64,000 bases of DNA. Origin: an uncultured Bacteroidota bacterium (lineage in GTDB: Bacteria; Bacteroidota; Bacteroidia; Flavobacteriales; Flavobacteriaceae). Below are positions 52,672-62,200 of this stretch, piece by piece; positions within the stretch are counted from its first letter, which is position 1; each line of letters begins with the position of its first letter. The notes beneath the pieces are model-generated. The model saw nothing but the letters and a program-made list of their open reading frames with translations. It made no database searches and had not been told where the DNA came from. The position numbers and the translations under genes were made by a program. The stretch is from NCBI GenBank assembly GCA_902509675.1, contig CABWYN010000003.1, positions 3,057 through 67,056 of the forward strand. The letters are read 5' to 3'.

Positions 52672-53226
52672 ATGAAATTTAATATTAAAATATTATTTCT
52701 AATTACCGTTTTAATTCACTCATGCTGGAGTGATAAAGGAGCTCCTAACTATGAGTATATGCCTAATATGTATAAGTCTTTAAGTTATGAATCATATACT
52801 GAGAATAATTTATTTGAAGACAACTTATCAGCTAGGCTACCCGTAGAGGGAACAATTCCAAGAGGCTATTCATTATACGAATATGAAGATACAAATGAAG
52901 GATATGAAACGGCAAAAATTGATTTAAATAATCCATACAAATTTAATGAACAGGATATGCTTAAGGCAAAAGAGCTATACACTGTATATTGTGGGGTTTG
53001 TCATGGAACGAAGGGCGCAGGTCAGGGAATTTTGGTGAAAAGAGAAAAAATTCTTGGTATTCCTAGTTATGCTGACCAAGGTAGAGCGATTACTTCAGGA
53101 AGTACCTACCATGTCATATATTATGGTAAAAACACAATGGGATCTTATGCAAATCAATTGAATGAAAAAGAAAGATGGATGGTAACAAGTTACGTGATGA
53201 AATTAAAATCAGAATTAAGTAAATAG
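52672..53226 (+). CDS. actE: Alternative complex III subunit ActE, monohaem cytochrome c lipoprotein
   Basis: Lipobox-like ..VLIHSC. A single CGVCHG motif, with the distal Met region KNTMGSY. Confidence 0.85.
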   Translation: MKFNIKILFLITVLIHSCWSDKGAPNYEYMPNMYKSLSYESYTENNLFEDNLSARLPVEGTIPRGYSLYEYEDTNEGYETAKIDLNNPYKFNEQDMLKAKELYTVYCGVCHGTKGAGQGILVKREKILGIPSYADQGRAITSGSTYHVIYYGKNTMGSYANQLNEKERWMVTSYVMKLKSELSK

Positions 53227-53234
53227 AACTAATT

Positions 53235-54590
53235 ATGTATATTTTATCAAACAGATTAAAAATATTTTCTATATCATTGATAATTATAGGTTCATTGGGT
53301 TGGTTCTATTCTTATTCAACTTCTCATTTGACTCTTGATCAGGTCAAGGAGCTTTTAGCTGAAGAACAACATCATGGTTCTCATTCTGATATAAATCACT
53401 CTATGGAAACTTCAAATGAAGAACATCACAACTCTGATGTGCATCATCAAGGAGATCACAATGGACACGATGATGTGGCGCATGGACACGAGGATGAGCA
53501 TGCTGAACATGTATTGCATCAAATTCACAATAGGCCATACGCTGCTTTGTACGTAGCTGCATTTTTCTTTATGATGATATCCCTGGGGGTTTTAGCTTTT
53601 TATGCAATTCAATACGCATCACAAGCAGGGTGGTCACCTGTCCTCTTCCGAGTCATGGAAGCAATTACATATTATTTGCTCCCTGGAGCTTTGATTGTAT
53701 TATTAATAGCTTTTGTTGGGGATAAACATATATTTATTTGGATGGATCCAGAAGTTGTTGCTCACGATGAAATTATTCAAGGAAAAGAGAGTTGGCTTAA
53801 TAAAACTTCGTTTTTAATCAGAGGGTTTATATATATAGGCGGATGGTCATTATATAGATATTTCTCAAGAAAATTTTCAATTGCACAAGATTCAGCAAAT
53901 GATAATAAAAACTTTAAAAGAAACTTTCAGATTTCCGCAGGTTTCTTGGTTTTCTTTATGTACACAGAATCCATGATGTCTTGGGATTGGATAATGAGTG
54001 TCGATCCTCACTGGTTTAGTACCTTATTTGGGTGGTATGTTTTTGCAAGTATGGCGGTTAGCGGAATCACTGTTATTGCTCTTATCACTATTTACTTAAA
54101 ATCTAAGGGCTTATTAGAATATGTCAATGATAGTCATTTACATGATTTAGCAAAATTTATGTTTGGTTTTAGTGTGTTTTGGGCATATTTATGGTTCTCT
54201 CAGTTTATGCTTATTTGGTATGCTAACATACCTGAGGAAGTAACTTATTTTGTTACCAGAATTGAAATGTATCCAATTCCGTTTTTTACAATGTTTGCTT
54301 TAAACTTTCTTTTTCCCTTCTTAGTTTTAATGAACAGCGATTACAAGAGAGTTCCTATTTTTATTGTAATGGCTGGAATAATAATATTGATAGGCCACTA
54401 CATGGATGTTTATATGATGATTATGCCTGCTACGGTTGTTGATAGATATGGATTTGGAATTGCTGAATTTAGTTCCATATTAATATTTTTAGGCTTATTT
54501 TTGCTAATTGTTTTTTATGCGTTATCAAAGGAAGAATTGTTGGCGAAAAGAAACCCATTAATTAAAGAAAGTGAAAACTTTCACTATTAA
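53235..54590 (+). CDS. actF: Alternative complex III subunit ActF (second NrfD-like membrane subunit) with a His-rich loop
   Basis: 451 aa polytopic protein. 16 His within residues 46-98. Confidence 0.8.
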   Translation: MYILSNRLKIFSISLIIIGSLGWFYSYSTSHLTLDQVKELLAEEQHHGSHSDINHSMETSNEEHHNSDVHHQGDHNGHDDVAHGHEDEHAEHVLHQIHNRPYAALYVAAFFFMMISLGVLAFYAIQYASQAGWSPVLFRVMEAITYYLLPGALIVLLIAFVGDKHIFIWMDPEVVAHDEIIQGKESWLNKTSFLIRGFIYIGGWSLYRYFSRKFSIAQDSANDNKNFKRNFQISAGFLVFFMYTESMMSWDWIMSVDPHWFSTLFGWYVFASMAVSGITVIALITIYLKSKGLLEYVNDSHLHDLAKFMFGFSVFWAYLWFSQFMLIWYANIPEEVTYFVTRIEMYPIPFFTMFALNFLFPFLVLMNSDYKRVPIFIVMAGIIILIGHYMDVYMMIMPATVVDRYGFGIAEFSSILIFLGLFLLIVFYALSKEELLAKRNPLIKESENFHY

Positions 54591-54606
54591 ATTTTGAACG
54601 GATAGT

Positions 54607-55692
54607 ATGACGACATTATTTATTATACTGATTTTAATATTTATAACAATTGCCATATGGCAAATGATTAAGATTTTTGATTTATCAAAAGCTATTTCGG
54701 GAATAAAAATTGATAATTCACAAATTGCAAACGATGAGGATAATAAAATACAGGCAAAATTAATGCTTGGATTTTTAGCATTCATTTATGCAATTACTAT
54801 TTTTTCTCTAGTCAAATATGGGAAGTTTCCGTTAATTTCTAATGCTGCCTCTGAACACGGAGAACAAATTGATACTCTGATGATTTGGACTATGATTTTA
54901 ATCTTCATTGTTCAAACCATAACTCAATTTCTTCTTTACTACTTTGCTTACAAGTACAAAGGTAAAAAAAATGCCAGAGCCTTATTTTACACTGATAATC
55001 ATAAGCTTGAGCTATTGTGGACAGTAATTCCTGCGATTGTTTTAACAGGTTTTATTACCTATGGTTTATTAACCTGGTCTGATGTTATGAATATGCAAAA
55101 AGATAACGATCCAATGGTTGTAGAATTATATGCTCAGCAGTTTAATTGGAAAGCGAGATATGCAGGAGAGGACAACGTGTTGGGTAAATCAAACGTAAGA
55201 TTAATTGACATCGATCGGGCTAATATATTGGGAGTTGACGAAAATGATATCTATGCAGCAGATGATGTTATTACTACAGAATTACACCTTCCAGTTGACC
55301 GACCAGTTTTATTTGTTATGAGGTCACAAGACGTGTTGCATTCTGCTTATATGCCTCATTTTAGAGCTCAAATGAATTGTGTGCCTGGTATGGTTACAAA
55401 ATTTGCCTTTACACCTACTGTAACCACTGAAGAAATGAGAGAAAACCCATCAATGATAGATAAGGTTATTAATATAAATAATATTAGAGAAGATAGGAGT
55501 AAGGAGCTTGCAATTCAAGGTGAAGAACCTCTTGACCCTTATGAATTTGATTATTTACTTTTATGTAATAAGATTTGCGGAAAATCTCATTACAATATGC
55601 AAATGAAAATTATTGTTGAGACTCAAGATGAGTTTGATAGCTGGTATAATCAACAGACTGTTTTTAAAAATTCATTAATTGTACAAAACTAA
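54607..55692 (+). CDS. ctaC: Cytochrome c oxidase subunit II (CuA domain, no fused cytochrome c domain)
   Basis: DVLHSAYMPHF plus the CNKICGKSHYNM CuA ligand pattern (H..C-x3-C-x3-H-x2-M). Confidence 0.9.
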   Translation: MTTLFIILILIFITIAIWQMIKIFDLSKAISGIKIDNSQIANDEDNKIQAKLMLGFLAFIYAITIFSLVKYGKFPLISNAASEHGEQIDTLMIWTMILIFIVQTITQFLLYYFAYKYKGKKNARALFYTDNHKLELLWTVIPAIVLTGFITYGLLTWSDVMNMQKDNDPMVVELYAQQFNWKARYAGEDNVLGKSNVRLIDIDRANILGVDENDIYAADDVITTELHLPVDRPVLFVMRSQDVLHSAYMPHFRAQMNCVPGMVTKFAFTPTVTTEEMRENPSMIDKVININNIREDRSKELAIQGEEPLDPYEFDYLLLCNKICGKSHYNMQMKIIVETQDEFDSWYNQQTVFKNSLIVQN

Positions 55693-55696
55693 GACA

Positions 55697-57481
55697 ATGG
55701 CAGAATATATAGAATTTGATAAAGATCATCACGCACACCATCACAAAGAAACTTTTATAACTAAATATATATTTAGTCAAGATCATAAGATGATTGCTAA
55801 ACAATACCTTTTTACTGGTGTTTTTTTCATGGGTATTATAGGGATTTTAATGTCAATATTAATGAGAATGCAAATTGCATGGCCTGAACAACCAAATATA
55901 ATTTTTGATTTTTTACTCGGTAAATGGGCTCCTGAAGGTGTTATGGACGCAGATATTTATTTAGCTCTTGTTACAATGCACGGAACCATAATGGTTTTCT
56001 TTGTTTTAACCGCTGGGTTAAGTGGAACATTTAGTAATCTTCTAATTCCGCTTCAGCTTGGAGCCCGAGATATGGCTTCTGGATTTTTAAATATGGTAGC
56101 ATATTGGTTGTTTTTTGTATCAACCGTATTAATGGTATGCTCGATTTTTGTAGAGGCTGGGCCTGCCGCTGCCGGATGGACAATTTATCCACCACTAAGT
56201 GCTTTAGAACTGGCTCAACCCGGTTCCGGTTTAGGAATGACTTTATGGTTAGTTTCAATGGCATTTTTTATTGCATCTTCTTTGTTGGGTTCATTAAATT
56301 ATATAGTAACAGTTCTAAATTTAAGAACCAAAGGCATGTCTCTTACCAGAATGCCGCTAACAATATGGGCATTTTTTGTAACTGCCATCATTGGAGTAAT
56401 TTCATTTCCAGTATTACTTTCAGCTGCTTTACTTTTAATTATGGACAGAAGTTTTGGAACTTCATTCTTCTTATCTGATATTTTCATTCAAGGGGAAGTT
56501 TTACATTATCAAGGAGGTTCCCCGGTATTATTTGAACATTTATTTTGGTTTTTAGGACACCCAGAAGTATACATTGTTTTATTACCTGCCCTTGGTATAG
56601 CTTCTGAAGTTATATCAACCCATTCCAGAAAACCCATTTTTGGATACAAAGCAATGATTATATCTATCCTTGCAATTGCATTTTTATCTACAATTGTTTG
56701 GGGACATCACATGTTTGTAACAGGTATGAATCCTTTTTTAGGTTCCGTATTCACTTTTACAACCCTTTTAATTGCCATTCCGTCCGCCGTTAAAGCATTT
56801 AATTATATTACAACATTATGGAAAGGTAATATTCAATTTAACCCTCCAATGCTTTTTGCAATTGGGTTTGTTTCAACATTTATTACTGGTGGATTAACGG
56901 GTATAATTTTGGGAGATAGTGCTCTAGATATTAACGTACACGATACATATTTTGTAGTTGCTCACTTTCATTTAGTTATGGGAATATCAGCACTATACGG
57001 AATGTTAGCAGGTATGTATCATTGGTTCCCTATCATGTTTGGAAAAATGATGAATAAAAATTTAGGTTATGTGCATTTTTGGGTAACTGCAATTTCTGCA
57101 TATGGTGTCTTTTTCCCAATGCATTTTATTGGAATGGCTGGTCTTCCTAGAAGATATTATACAAATTCTAATTTCCCTTTATTTGACGATTTGGCCGATA
57201 CAAATCAGATTATTACAATGTTTGCTATAATGGGAGCATCTGTTCAGCTTGTATTTTTATACAACTTTATTTACAGTATGTTTTATGGAAAAAAAGCTCC
57301 GCAAAATCCTTGGAAATCCACGACACTTGAGTGGACAGCTTCTCAAAAACATATTCACGGAAATTGGCAAGGAAACATACCAGAGGTTCATAGATGGCCT
57401 TATGATTACAGTAAGCCTGGATACAAAGAGGATTTTGTACCTCAGCATATTCCACTCAAAAAAGGAGAAGAAGAATATTAA
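55697..57481 (+). CDS. ctaD: Cytochrome c oxidase subunit I (haem-copper oxidase)
   Basis: [20 protein letters not shown] and VVAHFHLVM motifs. The ATG at 55697 is preferred over the track's TTG at 55679, which lies inside ctaC. Confidence 0.95.
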   Translation: MAEYIEFDKDHHAHHHKETFITKYIFSQDHKMIAKQYLFTGVFFMGIIGILMSILMRMQIAWPEQPNIIFDFLLGKWAPEGVMDADIYLALVTMHGTIMVFFVLTAGLSGTFSNLLIPLQLGARDMASGFLNMVAYWLFFVSTVLMVCSIFVEAGPAAAGWTIYPPLSALELAQPGSGLGMTLWLVSMAFFIASSLLGSLNYIVTVLNLRTKGMSLTRMPLTIWAFFVTAIIGVISFPVLLSAALLLIMDRSFGTSFFLSDIFIQGEVLHYQGGSPVLFEHLFWFLGHPEVYIVLLPALGIASEVISTHSRKPIFGYKAMIISILAIAFLSTIVWGHHMFVTGMNPFLGSVFTFTTLLIAIPSAVKAFNYITTLWKGNIQFNPPMLFAIGFVSTFITGGLTGIILGDSALDINVHDTYFVVAHFHLVMGISALYGMLAGMYHWFPIMFGKMMNKNLGYVHFWVTAISAYGVFFPMHFIGMAGLPRRYYTNSNFPLFDDLADTNQIITMFAIMGASVQLVFLYNFIYSMFYGKKAPQNPWKSTTLEWTASQKHIHGNWQGNIPEVHRWPYDYSKPGYKEDFVPQHIPLKKGEEEY

Positions 57482-57493
57482 TTAATTATAAAG

Positions 57494-57523
57494 AAAAAGC
57501 CTTTCCATTTAGAAAGGCTTTTT
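57494..57523 (+). terminator. Intrinsic terminator after ctaD
   Basis: AAAAAGCCTTTC-CATTTA-GAAAGGCTTTTT. Confidence 0.75.
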
Positions 57524-57526
57524 CTT

Positions 57527-57534
57527 TATATTTG
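57527..57534 (+). promoter_or_regulatory. Candidate -7 promoter element (TAtaTTTG) for ruvB, implying a very short or absent leader
   Basis: Exact TAnnTTTG match ending 6 nt before the ATG at 57541. It overlaps the track's TTG start at 57532. Confidence 0.35.
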
Positions 57535-57540
57535 TTTTAT

Positions 57541-58563
57541 ATGAATGAGAATTTAGATCCCTCACCTGAAAATCTATCCGAAAAAGAAATAGAGCTTGAA
57601 ATTAATTTAAGACCCTTATCATTTGATGATTTCCAGGGTCAGGATCATGTTATAGAAAATTTAAAGGTTTTTGTTGAGGCTGCCAACCAAAGAGGAGAAG
57701 CTTTAGATCATACATTATTTCATGGGCCCCCAGGATTAGGAAAAACTACCCTAGCCAATATTTTAGCTAAAGAGTTGGAAGCTGATATTAAAGTTACTTC
57801 AGGCCCTGTTCTTGACAAACCTGCTGATCTTGCCGGATTACTCACAAATTTACAGGATCGTGATGTCTTGTTTATTGACGAAATTCACAGATTGAGCCCC
57901 ATAGTTGAAGAGTATCTATATTCCGCGATGGAGGATTATAAGATAGATATTATGATTGAATCTGGACCGAATGCCCGTTCTGTTGAATTAAATCTTAATC
58001 CATTTACTCTGGTTGGTGCAACAACTAGATCTGGACTTTTGACAGCTCCAATGCGTGCAAGATTTGGGATAACTAATAGACTTAAGTATTACAATACTGA
58101 ACTTCTTTCTACCATTGTTCAAAGAAGTGCAAAAATTTTAAATGTTGAGATTTCTATGGAAGCTGCAATAGAAATAGCGGGAAGAAGTCGAGGTACTCCA
58201 AGAATTGCAAATTCACTTTTGAGGAGAGTTAGAGATTTTGCGCAGATAAAAGGTAATGGAAATATAGATATTAGTATAACTAAGTCAAGTTTAAAGGCAT
58301 TGAATGTTGATATTAGTGGTCTTGACGAAATGGATAATAAAATTCTTACAACAATAATTGATAAATTCGGTGGTGGGCCAGTTGGAATAACCACTCTGTC
58401 AACAGCTGTAAGTGAAAATCCGGAAACTATTGAAGAGGTGTATGAACCCTTCCTGATTCAACAGGGTTTTATTATGAGAACCCCAAGAGGAAGAGAGGCC
58501 ACAGAACTTGCCTATAAACACCTTAATAAAGAATTTAAGCCCTCCCAAAAGGGTTTGTTCTGA
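57541..58563 (+). CDS. ruvB: Holliday junction branch migration ATPase RuvB
   Basis: Walker [10 protein letters not shown], Walker [10 protein letters not shown], sensor ..[15 protein letters not shown]. Confidence 0.95.
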   Translation: MNENLDPSPENLSEKEIELEINLRPLSFDDFQGQDHVIENLKVFVEAANQRGEALDHTLFHGPPGLGKTTLANILAKELEADIKVTSGPVLDKPADLAGLLTNLQDRDVLFIDEIHRLSPIVEEYLYSAMEDYKIDIMIESGPNARSVELNLNPFTLVGATTRSGLLTAPMRARFGITNRLKYYNTELLSTIVQRSAKILNVEISMEAAIEIAGRSRGTPRIANSLLRRVRDFAQIKGNGNIDISITKSSLKALNVDISGLDEMDNKILTTIIDKFGGGPVGITTLSTAVSENPETIEEVYEPFLIQQGFIMRTPRGREATELAYKHLNKEFKPSQKGLF

Positions 58564-58655
58564 TTTTTCTTTACGAATTACTCATTATTAAGCGAATTAT
58601 TTATCAAAGAAATTAGTATTTTGGTGAAGAATATTTTTTAATTAATTAAGTATAA

Positions 58656-59237
58656 ATGATAACACACATTAAAGGTCGATTATCTGAAAAATCACCCACC
58701 AATGTTGTAATTGAGACTAACGGAATTGGATATTGGGTTAATATTTCACTAACCACATTTTCTCAAATTCCGGATCAGGAAAATATTAAGTTGTTTACTC
58801 ATTTACAAATCAAAGAGGATTCACATTCATTGTATGGATTTTATACAATAAAAGAAAGAGAGATTTTCAGATTATTAATTTCCGTTAGTGGCGTCGGTAC
58901 AAGCACAGCCAGAACAATGCTTTCATCATTATCTCCTGATCAGGTGATTGATGCTATTTCGTCTAATAATGTTTCTTTGGTTCAATCAGTAAAAGGAATT
59001 GGAAGTAAAACTGCACAACGATTAATAATCGAATTAAGAGATAAAGTATTAAAACTTTATGATATTGACGAAGCAAATATAATTTCAAACAATACTACAA
59101 GAGATGAAGCGTTATCTGCTTTAGAAGTTCTCGGGATTAATAAAAGATCTTCCGAAAGAATAGTAGACAAAATTGTTAAGGATAATTTGGATATTACTGT
59201 AGAGGAGATAATCAAAGAGACTTTGAAAAATATTTAA
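58656..59237 (+). CDS. ruvA: Holliday junction DNA-binding protein RuvA
   Basis: MITHIKGRL.. N-terminus. HhH region SVSGVGTSTARTMLS / VKGIGSKTAQRLIIEL. Confidence 0.9.
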   Translation: MITHIKGRLSEKSPTNVVIETNGIGYWVNISLTTFSQIPDQENIKLFTHLQIKEDSHSLYGFYTIKEREIFRLLISVSGVGTSTARTMLSSLSPDQVIDAISSNNVSLVQSVKGIGSKTAQRLIIELRDKVLKLYDIDEANIISNNTTRDEALSALEVLGINKRSSERIVDKIVKDNLDITVEEIIKETLKNI

Positions 59238-59245
59238 TTTATTTA

Positions 59246-62200
59246 ATGCGGGCTAATTTAAAATTTAATTTTTTTTTATTCATTTTTCTTCTCTTTTCTG
59301 GAATTATCCAAATCTATGGTCAGCGAGTTGAATCTGATATAGGTCAAATTGATTTCCCTGACCCACCAAGTTATATCGAAAATTATCTTTACGATCCAGC
59401 TAGTGATCTATATTATTTTAATACAAAAGTTGGAGAATACGATATTAATTATCCTATTATTTTAACTCCTGAAGAGTATCAAGAATTAATTTTAAAGGAA
59501 GATCTAAAAGATTATTACAAAGAAAAAATTGACGCTGAAGACGGAAAAAAAGAAGGGTCAGAAAATGCACAAAAAAATCTTATTCCTGAAATATATGTTA
59601 ACTCTAAATTATTTCAATCCATTTTTGGAGGGAATACAATAGAGGTGATCCCTCAGGGATCCCTTGAGGTTGATTTAGGCGTATTATATACAAAACAAGA
59701 TAACCCTTCTTTTTCACCAAGAAACAGAAGTAATCTTACTTTCGATTTTGATCAAAGGATTGGATTAAGTTTGTTAGGTAAAGTGGGAACCAGAGTTCAA
59801 GTAAATGCCAACTTTGATACTCAGTCATCATTTGATTTTCAAAACCTTTTAAAGTTAGAATTTGAGCCAACCGAAGATGATATTATTCAGAAAATTGAGA
59901 TAGGTAATGTTAGTATGCCTCTAAGTAGCTCTTTGATTTCCGGAGCACAAAGTCTTTTTGGAGTCAAAACAGAGCTAAAATTTGGTAAAACTAGTATTAA
60001 GGCAATTTTTTCTGAGCAGAAGTCCGAATCAAGATCAGTAGTATCAGAGGGCGGAGGTACTGTGCAAGAATTTGAATTTAGAGCATTAGATTATGACGAG
60101 AACAGACATTTTTTCTTAAGTCATTTTTTTAGAAATAAGTACGATCAATCCCTTGAAAACTATCCTTATATAAACTCTAACGTCCAGATTACAAGAGCTG
60201 AAGTCTGGGTCACTAACAGGACGAATCAGTTAAACGATGTTAGAAATATATTAGCATTCCAAGATTTAGGTGAATCCGATAATGTTTCGTCAGTTGTAAA
60301 TATTCTTTCTCCTTCTAATTCTTATCCAGACAATTCAAATAATGCGCTTGATCCAACATCTATAGGAGATGCTGGTTCACAATTAACAAGTCTGGTCAGA
60401 GATATAGCGTCTGTTCAGCAAGGAATTTTAGTCCCTAATACCAACGAAGGAATTGATTACGGAAAACTAGAAAATGCAAAAAAACTAAGAGAAAATATTG
60501 ATTATGAAATCCATCCTCAATTAGGTTATATTTCATTAACTCAAAAACTAGAAAATGATGAAATTCTAGCTGTGGCTTTTCAATATACTGTAGGCGATCA
60601 GGTTTTTCAGGTTGGAGAATTTGCAAATGACGGTGTCCAAGCTACAGAGGTTACTTTTAACGGTGAAAGTCCAATTGTAAACTCAAATAATTTAATATTG
60701 AAATTATTAAAGAGTACGGTTACAAGTGTTGACGAGCCAATGTGGGATTTAATGATGAAAAATATTTACAACACAGGTGCTTTTCAACTGGAAAGACAAG
60801 ATTTTAAATTAAATATTTTTTATAAGGAATCTTCAGAATTGAATTATATTACTCCGGTTGACGGAGTTCAGTTTCCCTCTCCATCAGCAGGACAACTTCC
60901 CATTCAAGAGCAACCCTTACTGAGTTTCTTTAATTTTGACAGATTAAATTATAATAATGATCCTCAACTAAACGGTGACGGATTTTTTGATTTTGTACCA
61001 GGAATCACAGTTGTTCAACAAACAGGAAAAATATTTTTTACCAAGGTAGAACCATTTGGAGAGTTTTTATTTGAATCTCTAAGATTAAATCCAAATGAAA
61101 ACTACAATGGGGATCAAAATATTTCTTCTGATTACAACTTAAATCAAAAAAAATATGTGTATCACACATTGTATAATTCAACAAAAACTGCTGCTGAGCA
61201 AAAAGCTGAAAAAAATAAATTTTTGGTTAAGGGTAAATATAAATCTTCGTCAGGCGGTGGAATTCCAATTGGTGCATATAATGTCCCAAGAGGATCTGTA
61301 ACCGTAACCGCTGGAGGTCGTGTCTTGGTTGAAGGAGTAGATTATACGGTAAATTATCAGTTAGGTACTGTTCAAATTTTAGATGCAGGCCTGCAGGCTT
61401 CCAACACCCCCATTAATGTTAGTGTTGAGAATAATGCTTTATTCGGACAGCAAACAAAAAGATTTTCGGGCATAAATATAGAACATAAATTTAATGAAGA
61501 TTTTATTGTTTCAGGAACGCTTCTGAATTTACACGAGAGACCGCTAACACAAAAAGCAAATTTTGGTACTGAGCCGATAAATAATACCATAATGGGATTT
61601 GATGGTAATTTTTCAAAAGAAATTCCCTTACTGACCAGATTAATTAATAAGCTTCCTACTATCGAAACAGATGTTCCATCAAATCTTTCTGTAAGAGGAG
61701 AAGTTGCATATTTAATGCCTGGAGCTCCTAAAGGAAATAATTTTAATGGCGAAGCAACTTCTTACATTGATGATTTTGAAGGAACACAGAATGTTATAGA
61801 TTTATTAGCTCCACAATCATGGTCGTTATCAAGTAGGCCAAAGAATCTCGGAAGCATATATTTTGAAGGTGGTGAAGATGATAATGGAATTCAAAACGGA
61901 TACGATCGTGCATTACTTAATTGGTATTCAATTGACCCTATTTTTTATAGCAGTCAAAGACCTGCGGATATAACAGATCAAGATTTATCAAACTTATATT
62001 CTAGAAGAATATTTATAGACGAAATATTCCCCCAGGTCGATATAGTCCAAGGCCAGACCACTGTTATTAATTCTTTAGATTTAAATTATTATCCAAATTT
62101 GAGAGGACCCTACAATATGGACCCTTCTGTTTCAGATGGAGTAATCGACAATTCTAATAATTCGTGGGCCGGAATAACCAGATTAATTAATACGACTGAT

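Noticed and set aside
55564-55599. CuA site of subunit II reads C-N-K-I-C-G-K-S-H-Y-N-M, with Lys where canonical aa3 oxidases have Glu.
   Set aside because: All Cys, His and Met ligands are present. The Glu position contributes a backbone carbonyl and is known to vary (for example Gln in the Thermus ba3 oxidase). This is likely a lineage norm.
57532-57540. Upstream alternative starts used by the ORF track: TTG 57532 (ruvB), TTG 29406 (pyrH), TTG 55679 (ctaD), 52092 (actD) and 1118 (dCMP deaminase).
   Set aside because: Each extension overlaps the preceding gene or a terminator or -7 box. Conserved N-termini begin at the downstream ATGs.
57541-59237. ruvB precedes ruvA with a 92-nt gap, the reverse of the classical ruvAB operon order.
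   Set aside because: ruv genes are often dispersed in Bacteroidota, and ruvA appears linked to sprA instead. This is not evidence of anything beyond lineage-specific synteny.
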